From Azolla caroliniana (Eukaryota > Plantae > Polypodiophyta), in NCBI GenBank assembly GCA_043228905.1, contig JBHGNT010001322.1, forward strand, positions 1 through 9,823: 9,823 bases of DNA, written 5' to 3'. A program made the translations under genes and the position numbers. Each line of letters opens with the position of its first letter. Positions within the stretch are counted from its first letter, which is position 1. Under the pieces are notes generated by a model. It was not told the origin of the DNA, did not search any database, and saw only the letters and a program-made list of their open reading frames with translations. Below are positions 1 through 8,424 of this stretch, piece by piece.

Positions 1-5
1 AAGAT

Positions 6-671
6 ATGAGGATTGATGTTATAAGCAAGGTTGAGAACTCTATAAGTAAACTATTGAAAATGGCTTTAGAAAATGAGGCTGCGAAGCAACTCCCTCGTGT
101 CGCTCTACTTACATCTACATTCCCCGAGTCAACCATTGAGGAACTTTTGAGATGGGTGCCTCGAACACTGGGAAGGGAAATTATTAGAATCCAGTTATAC
201 TGTGAGGATAAAAAATTGCCACACCCAGTGGAAAACCAACCTGGCATCACCCTCACCTCTTTGTCAGAGTCTCATTCAGAGTATCTAAACAAAGCTCTTC
301 CATATATCAATGGTTTGTTTCATGTTTTGGCTATAGCCGTTAGACTCGGTATTTCCTCTATGGTACCTATTGCAAGCTCCTTGATTCTTGATTGGACACC
401 CCACCTCAAACTAGCAAATCAATATCCTATGATACAAAGTCATTTTGGCTCAAAAAAGGATATATTTCTAAGTAAATTAGAGTGTGCTTCCAACGAGTGG
501 CAAAAGTGCTTGGCATCTATATTAAGAGAAAATGGAGGTTTGACAGACGAAAACATAGCTAAGAAGTTCCATCTCAAGCGTACCATCTACGATGAAGGTG
601 ATGGGAGTACTCGAGTTGCATGGTTATGCAAGTTTCATTATGAAGGAAAAAGGTCCTTCCCACTAGGTTAA
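6..671 (+). CDS. Uncharacterised intronless ORF, at least 221 aa, frame open at the left edge; possibly a transposon-associated accessory ORF
   Basis: 666 nt without an internal stop in AT-rich DNA is unlikely by chance, and the composition is protein-like. I recognise no domain. The true start may lie upstream of the window. Confidence 0.45.
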   Translation: MRIDVISKVENSISKLLKMALENEAAKQLPRVALLTSTFPESTIEELLRWVPRTLGREIIRIQLYCEDKKLPHPVENQPGITLTSLSESHSEYLNKALPYINGLFHVLAIAVRLGISSMVPIASSLILDWTPHLKLANQYPMIQSHFGSKKDIFLSKLECASNEWQKCLASILRENGGLTDENIAKKFHLKRTIYDEGDGSTRVAWLCKFHYEGKRSFPLG

Positions 672-2181
672 ATCATATCTTGTTATGTGGGTTTAAATAG
701 AAAGGCCTATTTTCAATATTTCTTCTAAACTTTTGAATATTCCTCCTATGAACCTAGATGGGCTTTCGCAACTAAGAATAATGGAATAATTGTCTTGTTT
801 TATAACCGATATTAATGAAGGTTATTTGTGGATTTAAATCAAGTGTACAATCATGTCTTTCTCTTATTAAATGTCTCTTCTAGGTATGTTGCATCGATTG
901 CACAACTTCCTCTCAAACACAATTGTACCTCCTTATCAAGGCAAAACATCCAAGAATAGTTGACTAGTACTCTCAAGTTACGAAAAATAGGGCATTAAAC
1001 CTCCCTTAATTATCTTGACAAAGAAGCTAGTTCCAGCCATAATGTGGCCTAGTCTACCGCTTAATGAGCTAAACGATGTACAAAAGCACATAAAATGAGA
1101 AAAAAAAGTTGTAAATAGTTAAGAGTCACAATCACATACAAGAATATTACTAAAACCTTGAATTGAAGCTCTCAACACGAATCTCTTTATAAGTGAATGA
1201 GAGAAAAATGTATTGTATTATCGCTTTTGGAGGTTAAATTGAACTAGGACACCCAAAAAGAAAATTGCCACCATGTAATACATATGAAAGTGAGTATAAC
1301 TCTTAATGTTCAAGAGATTTACAATATAATGGCAAAATTGAGATTGTGATTAACATTCAAGGATTGGTTTGGTTTAGGACGTTACAGCCCATGCATCTTA
1401 AAGATTTATAAATACATTGGATTTGTTCCTAAAATTTAAACTATTAAAAGCCAATTCTTACATCGCATCATATTCTTACATTTTCTTGCATGGGTTACAT
1501 TGCTCAAATTCTTACATCTCATCCCTAACAAACCAATAATCCATCGGTCAAATCCTTACTACATTATATAAAAAGAAGCTACTAGCTACTCCATCATTTA
1601 AGTACAATTATGTATATGTATACCAACATGGGCATATCCCTCAAACACCAAGTTGACATCCTACAAAATGAGTTGTTTTTCAACTTCCAAATAAAGTTAG
1701 GAGTGTGTCCTCATACCTCTACATCTACCTCCACATTACCATTGCTTGGACCACTAGACACAAATATACAGATCAATTGAATATCATTGTAACTTATGCA
1801 GGCATCATTGTTGAGACAGTTGTTTGTATAGCTTTGGCATCAATTACATGGTAAATGTGAAATTAAGTCTTGAGACAACCAAAAATTGCACATTAGAAAA
1901 TATGAATCATAAGATAGGCAAGATTTTAGCATTCCATCAAACTCCAAACCTGGCTTTCTTCAAGTGGCTTTCATCTTTATCAATATCTCTTTTGTCCTTG
2001 AACTTGGTACATTCTTCTCAAAATCCATTTTTCTTGCCATCATCAAGGATTACCTTTCCCCTAGTACTCTCAGGTTTTAAGCCATTGTTCTTTAACCGAG
2101 ACAAACTTTGTGCCCTAAAAGAATAAAACAAATTTATGCAGCAAAACCGAGCATTTGTGCCCTAACCGACCATTTGCACAA

Positions 2182-2204
2182 GGTTTAGGGTTTAGGGTTT
2201 AGGA
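2182..2204 (+). repeat. Short interstitial plant telomere-type repeat, (TTTAGGG)2 + TTTAGGA
   Basis: gg tttaggg tttaggg tttagga read directly. Confidence 0.85.
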
Positions 2205-2320
2205 TTTAAATACACCTGCTCACATTGGTGTGCACCTAGTCATATTTTACCTTCCTCTTTTCCAATATATCAATGTAATGATTATGCTCCAAATTATCGT
2301 AATATTTTTCTATTTTATAA

Positions 2321-2352
2321 ACTAGTAGAGATTTTGCGTCATTTTGCACAAA
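2321..2352 (-). mobile_element. Possible decayed Helitron 3' terminus
   Basis: Minus strand reads TTTGTGC-AAAATG-ACGCAAA-ATCTCTA-CTAG|T: an imperfect hairpin 7 nt before CTAG and followed by T, as in the Helitron end consensus. No 5' end was identified. Confidence 0.3.
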
Positions 2353-2657
2353 GTAGGAGTTCAAGCTATTAACAAAGACCACTTGCAGGATCTAATAAAT
2401 CAGCGCATGTGCTTTGTGTCATGTTCTTGTCCATTCAACATATAAAAATTTACCAACACATGATTACATATAGATATGTAATCATTCACTCATGAATACA
2501 TTGTTCAAACCATTTAGTTTAAGACGCCAGAATAGAATGAGATAAAACAATATGGTTTTTTTGAGATGTTAGTGGTAAATCATTCTACTCCCAAATTTCA
2601 TACACAAGAAACTCAAAACCTTGCACAACCCCATTCTTCTAAATGTTTTTGGGTCGT

Positions 2658-2671
2658 AAACCCTAAACCCT
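2658..2671 (-). repeat. Short interstitial telomere-type repeat (AAACCCT)2, opposite orientation to 2182-2204
   Basis: aaaccct aaaccct read directly. Confidence 0.7.
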
Positions 2672-3065
2672 TCAATTTGCTACCATAATCATTTTCTATT
2701 GTGTCAGCTTTTTTTTCTTGATATGTTTGTGGTTTCTGTAAATATTTCTAGAAAAAACACGTTACAATGTTTTTATGTCTACATGTCTGAAGGAAACTTG
2801 ATCTTCATGTGCTTTAGCCAGCTCTTTCTTCAATGGACATAATTGATCTATAAGTTTTGGTTAATCTGCAATTCAGAATATTGCTCTTCTAGGAGACAAT
2901 GAGAACTACTAACATGACCAACCCAGTTATAATTTCATGGGGAAAATGTTTTTATTGACATTTGGTTAATGTGATAACATCCACGGGGGAGAGTAATATT
3001 TGTTAGTCTGGAAGCTCCTACGGAACAGAAGAAGAATCATAATATCCTGTCATAATAGCTTTTAA

Positions 3066-3128
3066 TCACAATCTAGACCATTTTCCCCATCCTTGAACTT
3101 GACCATTTTATTCACAATCTAGACCATT
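3066..3128. repeat. 17-bp direct repeat TCACAATCTAGACCATT
   Basis: Exact copies at 3066-3082 and 3112-3128, with a partial GACCATT at 3101. Confidence 0.85.
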
Positions 3129-4736
3129 CGCACTGAATACTTGTTATTAAATTTATGTTTAGGACTAGGAAAAAAGGTTGGCTCTAATGATAGGTGTTCC
3201 ACATTTTAAATATTGACTTTATTTGAAATCAAAACCTTCGTTAGAGTTGCAATTAAGTAAACCATTTTTTCTTTAATGTATTGCATACTCAAGATGTTTG
3301 GAACATAGTACATAATACACTCCACTGCATTGGCAAACATTCTTTTTCAAAACATTCTTATGTTTTTTTAAACATTTTTTACCGTAACTTTCTTACCTTA
3401 AAAAAAATTACCTTATAATAAATAATGAATACAAAAGTATGGTATTTACCATACTTTGAGGGTGTTTACCATACTTGAATGATTGAAACATTCGAGAATG
3501 TGAATGCACATATGGTACGTATGTTTAATACTATGGTTTGGAATATACATGGATCAGATGGTCTTAACCCAAATCCTAAAGTATATTGCATCGGTGTTGA
3601 GCTCATACAAGCAGTTTCCCAGTTGGATATCAAGTGTTAATTTTAGGAGATGATAGTAAACTTTGCGATAATTTTGAAAACATATTCTTGGCATATACTC
3701 ATCATGTGAATTGCACAAATAAATGCACTGCTATTCCATTGTTGCCTTTTGGAGACAGAAACAAGTGTGATACTTCATTACATGCCTAACACGTTAGATT
3801 CTAACTTTCAAACTTTGTAAGGATTTTTGTTTTATCAATATGTACTTCAATGTACCAAGACCTAGAAATGTATCAAATAGGGGTCAAAGATCTTCTAGGA
3901 ATTTTTTGCAATCACATGCATATAAACATGGTTGAGAAGTTTACAACTTTTGTACCATCACATGTATATTCCATGGGTGAGAAGCCTACATGCCTGTTTA
4001 ATATTGACTTGGTGTCATGCTATAAAAATACCTCTTGATTTATACAAGAGCATGCCTTCTCTAAATCAACTTAGAGGCTATGATATTTAGATACATTAAG
4101 GGAATGAGGTGCAAATGGATCATATTGGGTAAACCTTTGATTTCTATCCTATTTGCAATAATATACTATCATACTTTTGAAGCGGCCAAATTTCCAAGCA
4201 GGGAATTCTATTTTATCGCAGTCAAATAATGACACCAGAAATCAATTGAACTGCAGTTGACATTAAATATTGTGTGAATGTGAACTATATGGTCGTTTAT
4301 AAGACATCTCTATACTTTAACTTAAACAAAACAAGGCTCTCTCGACTAGAGGACAGACTACTGGATGAGCAACCATTCAGAATTTTGTGAGGATAAAATA
4401 ATTAAGAAGGTAATCTGCTTTACCAAAATGTAGAGCACAAGCCACAAATTGCATTCATGGTATCTTTTTCTGCTCTCATCAACATATTCATTGCCTCAAT
4501 TATATTCCTCATGCAAAAACCCATCAATATCTCTATTAGTCAATGCGATGTGAGATTGATTGACATGAAGGAAAATACTAAATTTGCATTAGATATTCTT
4601 TGTTATACGAGAACATTTTTTCATGAGGCACTGTACAATATATGGCATCAAATACATACATTTCCAAATGCCATCTATACTATAGCTCTTAAGCTATGTC
4701 AAAATAATGCTTACCCACATATAGAGGTTCTAGGAG

Positions 4737-4952
4737 CACAAAATGTTTGAAACGAGAGAAAATTCTGCTAGGGGAAAAGATTTTCCATGAGTTTAGGAGA
4801 GAACTGATGATTAACTAACCCACTTGTAATAATATATCACAAAAATGTTTGAAGCTCAAGAGGGAAAAACATCTCTCAAGGGGACAGATTTTCCTATGAA
4901 TCTAGAAGAGAATTGAAGATGTAACACTAACTCATTGTTAGTATCTCACAAA
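4737..4952. repeat. Diverged tandem duplication (units 4737-4837 and 4838-4946) covering the last codons, stop and proximal 3' UTR of the bL25 gene
   Basis: Both units start CACAAAA(A)TGTTTGAA, share AGATTTTCC(T)ATGAxTxTAGxAGAGAAxTGAxGAT and end CTAAC.CA...TGT...TAT.T. CACAAA occurs at all three junctions (4737, 4838, 4947). Confidence 0.8.
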
Positions 4953-5129
4953 TTGGAGATGCAGGGTCTAAATCTGGATGCAAATCCACCTCACATTGAA
5001 TTTGCATGTCTCCTGCAACCATAACTTGCCCTAGATCTAACTTGCTTACATCCACTTCTACAGCTGTGGGTAACCTCTCTGGAACACAAGATAGAGGAAG
5101 ATAACCGTAATACTGCTTTAATATGCCCC
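4927..5129 (-). CDS. rplY: Exon 3 of 3, bL25/TL5 family protein (TL5 C-terminal domain), TAG stop
   Basis: Acceptor tgttttggttgCAG (AG at 5131-5130), phase 1, completes the Gly codon and restores GIKRGGIL. The sequence CVPERLPTAVEVDVSKLDLGQVMVAGDM matches the TL5_C signature (C.P..IP..IEVDVS.L..G..I.V.DL). TAG at 4929-4927. Exon lengths 492+127+203 = 822 nt = 273 aa plus stop. Confidence 0.93.
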
Positions 5130-7066
5130 CTGCAACCAAAACATCATCTGATTTCAGAAAGAAAACCTGAAACCATTATCGAAACATAACAGAAATGAAA
5201 ATTAAAACTATTATTACAATAAAGTTACTTGTACATTTGCCAAGTTTTCACATAGAGGCAATTATTTGCACATTTCACAATGCCACGTGCAGGCTGGAGT
5301 TATTAAATTATTACTTTCCTGTACATCAAGCATGAAAAAACTCAAGTTATTATCAGTCCCTCTATCACCTACTCTCTTGGTCCCTATACACATGAGGTAC
5401 TAGATTACATAGAGATATTTGGTGGTTCAAGAGTATGCCTAGCAGGTATAGCCATACAAATATTTACTATATTCTGATGATATTGCGCTGATATCCAATT
5501 CTCTGGAGGGACTACAAAGACATCTAAATGCCTTAACAACAGATTCTTGGTAAACCTATATAAAACGAAAGTGATGGTATTTAACACCACTCAAGCATGG
5601 GTAACAAAATCAGAACCAGAATTCTTCTTGGGACAGGAAAAGGTGGCATACACGTGGTCGTAAACATAACTAAGTGTAACATTTGTAACATTCGTAACGC
5701 CTCGGTCTCCTCATGGGAGGATGCCTGGCCTCGACTTTCTCGTGGATATGTGACCCTTGGTGCTTTTGAAAGAAAATGTGCACATATACAATTCAATAGC
5801 CAGAAGCTAAATTGTGATTATTTGATAGACTTGTTGCACTGACTCTTATCAGAAACTTAGGGACCGAGTCTTTTCAAAGCAAATAACTGGTAAAATTTGG
5901 AGAGACCTTTGGTCTCAATGATTGCATGCATGATAAAGAGCAAATTGGTTCCCCATGATATAATCCAGGAAGAGATGTTTGCAGCCCAAACAATCACCAA
6001 TGCATTATTCCAAATCCCGATCATTGGTATCCAATGAGTTTGGGAGATGCCTATCTGAAAGCACTTAAGGTTGGCACTTATGTCATCAAAACAACTTCCT
6101 GAACATGGAGATGATCATTGTTGGTAAAACACAACATTGTTTCGAGTCACATGGCATAAACATAAATGCACTACCCCTGTTCCAACTGGGACATCGCAAA
6201 GGGGTTAAAATAGATTGGGAATTTCAATTTTTCATGCAATTAGGCCCCATCTTTGTAGACCACGATCTTGCCACCCTTGTCATTGACAAATGAAGGCCAT
6301 TTCTCCTGCCATCGCGGATGCTTTCCTTGCTTTGGAAATATCTAGTGAATACTTTGCACAATGTACTAGTGAAGATACCTCTACCCAGATCCATTAGTAT
6401 CCAGCCCTTCCACTCCTACTTTCTTCAGTGCGGGGATGGTGAATGAGGCTATTGAAAGGTCATATGCAAGAATGGCAAAATCACGAGGGTATAGTTCCAA
6501 AGCAAATTAATGGTGCCAGCTGAAAGAAGATATATTTGTTCTGTGTATGCAAGGGGAAAATGCCCATTGTAACCAATGATAAAGATATGAGTGGATAAAT
6601 ACATACATGGAATTCAATTGATCCATTCCAAGGGAATGAACAAGTAAATGTGACAAAGTAATCTGAGTGTGAAATACACTAACTACATATTAAGATCAGG
6701 GATAAAGTGCTCAAATATTTTTTACTCATCAAAAGGTTATGAAGGTATCAACCAGATGCAGCACAGAAATACTCTTCTGTGAAATGTAGACCTAATAATA
6801 GATTTGGGAAAATGTACTTCCTCCAGTGAATTTAAAAAATATATTTTTTCCAGAATTTATGGAAATCATTTGACACCAAAATTTTGGAAGATTCTAATAC
6901 AGTCCAATTTAGAGTATTTGTACTTTCAATTTAAACACATAAAGATTATTTAAATAATTGCAAGTATTTGGGGTTTTAATTATTAGAGAAATTTCTTCCA
7001 GGTTTAACATGAGATAATCATGCATTAAAAACATATAGAGATGGGCCAGTCTGAGAGTTTTCTTAC
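5130..7066 (-). other. Intron 2 (1937 nt, GT-AG, phase 1)
   Basis: GTAAGA...TGCAG boundaries; joining restores the G.K.GG motif. Confidence 0.9.
5850..6580 (-). mobile_element. Heavily decayed Ty3/Gypsy LTR-retrotransposon RT-thumb/RNase H fragment in intron 2
   Basis: Manual minus-strand translation across frameshifts and stops gives, in the expected order: DFAILA (~6482-6465), LRCPSWN, ASPKL (~6050-6036), NDRDLE, ALVIVWAA (6003-5980), DYIMGNQF (5966-5943), DQRSLQ (5914-5897). These resemble the Gypsy motifs DFA.IA.PL, PIL..PDW, ASRKL, DRELLAIVWAVKHF..YL.G..F...TDH.SL. Boundaries are approximate. Confidence 0.55.
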
Positions 7067-7193
7067 CTCTTTTTATGCCTATGCATTCTTCTATTCCTGA
7101 GACTACAAGAGGACAATTAAGTTTCATCTTTACTCCCTCGACTGCTTTTATGAATCGGAGATTCGTGATCCTTCCATTGTTATCAAAGTTTAC
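7067..7193 (-). CDS. rplY: Exon 2 of 3, bL25/TL5 family protein (end of L25 domain, start of TL5 C-terminal domain)
   Basis: Acceptor gatttcttttcctcaaattatgCAG (AG at 7195-7194), phase 0, matching exon 1. Encodes VNFDNNGRITNLRFIKAVEGVKMKLNCPLVVSGIEECIGIKR plus 1 nt; donor G|GTAAGA (GT at 7066-7065), phase 1. PLVVSG...C.GIKRGG matches the TL5_C pattern (VP....G.....G.K.GG). Confidence 0.92.
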
Positions 7194-7249
7194 CTGCATA
7201 ATTTGAGGAAAAGAAATCAACCAACTATATCACAAGAAATTTTAGGAAT

Positions 7250-8200
7250 TTTTTATGCGGAAAGTGTCTACTTTCCTTCATGTTTCCCTACAAAGCTAGG
7301 TACCTAATGTGGGGAAGAATCCACCTCCCCTTGATGTTTCTTACCATGTTCAACAGCATCAGCATTAGAAACCCAGGCTACACATACATGGCAAGGTATC
7401 ATGTGGGGAAGAATCATGTTTCTCCACACTGATCAAGCATCATAAGTAATAGAAAGTGAAGTTCCATATACCTAGCTAGGTGCCCATGTGAGGAAAATCA
7501 ACATTCCTCTGATGTTACGAATAGCTTCTATAGGAAAAACTCTGAATTCATAGGTAGGTGCCCATATGGAAAACAGGTCACTTCCATTCTTGTTTTCTTA
7601 CACTATTTGTAAGGGCAAAGTAATCCCATGTGTCATGATCGTGAATATCCAGGAGGCACTGTGCAAGGGGCTTGTGCACTAGGATAATCCCAGGGGTCAG
7701 GGGTCAGGGGTCAGAGAAACAGTGTATGGACCTTAATTAAGCAGATTGTTCATATGCAATCCACTGGTATATAGATGTGGCTATATATTGAATGGTTGGG
7801 TGGAAATTTGATGCTGCTTGACCTTGGCGTCAGTTAAACATGGACATCAGGAAGGGCAGAAAAGAACCCACTTTCCCTCAAGTTTTCCTGTAGTGTTCAA
7901 CAATATGAGCTTTTGGAAGCGAGGCTCCACAATTCAATAATTTCCCAAGTCCAACTACTTTCCTTCATGTTTCCCTATAGTTTCCAACATTGTGTGTTTC
8001 TGCAGAAGTGACTCCGCAGACATATCTACACTTCCACATGGACAAGAGTCCTATTGTGTTCTCCCTCATGTTTACCAACAATACTAACAGTATGAAAATT
8101 TTCGCGCCAAGGCTTTGCATACTACAAAATAAGAACAGTTTTCTTTATGTGTCCCTTCAGTATTTAACAATATGCCTAGGTAGGTAAGCAAATCTCAGCC
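7250..8200. repeat. Degenerate ~80-95-bp repeat array in intron 1, interrupted at about 7610-7840
   Basis: Exact sub-matches: CTACTTTCCTTCATGTTTCCCTA at 7268-7290 and 7955-7977; ATGTGGGGAAGAATC at 7307-7321 and 7401-7415; TAGGTGCCCAT at 7477-7487 and 7555-7565. Weaker copies lie near 7860, 8040 and 8170. Confidence 0.7.
7691..7714 (+). repeat. (CAGGGGT)3.4 heptamer tandem repeat
   Basis: caggggt caggggt caggggt cag read directly. Confidence 0.9.
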
Positions 8201-8424
8201 TGTAATATTATCTCCTAATACACTATGTGAGAGTGTTAGTGCAAAAAATGCCTATAAGACTTCATGTGTCTGGCATCCATGTTCAGCAAAAATACCCCAA
8301 ATATTGAGATGTTTTCAAATAAAAACCCTTCACATATTGAGAGACATTTGTACATAAAAAAAATCAACAAAATATAAATTGACGATAAATTATAAATTAG
8401 AGATAAAGATTAAGAATCACTTAC

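Larger units (their letters stand above)
7194..8424 (-). other. Intron 1 (1231 nt, GT-AG, phase 0)
   Basis: GTAAGT...TGCAG boundaries; joining gives a continuous L25-like reading frame. Confidence 0.88.

Noticed and set aside
1040-1280. Possible LTR fragment downstream of the left ORF
   Set aside because: Only a vague compositional impression; no TG...CA ends, PPT/PBS or second copy could be identified.
1824-2126. 100-aa plus-strand ORF
   Set aside because: Non-ATG start and an F/L/S-rich composition typical of the antisense of purine-rich DNA; no motif.
3850-4750. Short ORFs 3850..4038 and 4457..4750
   Set aside because: No recognisable motif or splice-linked partner; consistent with chance ORFs.
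5902-5916. GAGACC-TTT-GGTCTC inverted pair (two BsaI sites)
   Set aside because: A 6-bp stem is expected by chance; it lies in decayed retroelement sequence with no sign of vector DNA.
5405-6293. Short intronic ORFs 5405..5590, 5581..5796, 5597..5842 and 6105..6293
   Set aside because: They lie inside intron 2 and show no domain. The CNIC sequence alone does not make a zinc finger.
6909-7220. 103-aa ORF as a stand-alone gene (likewise 4927..5139 and 8410..8916)
   Set aside because: Homology is limited to the exon portions bounded by canonical splice sites; the rest is intron read-through.
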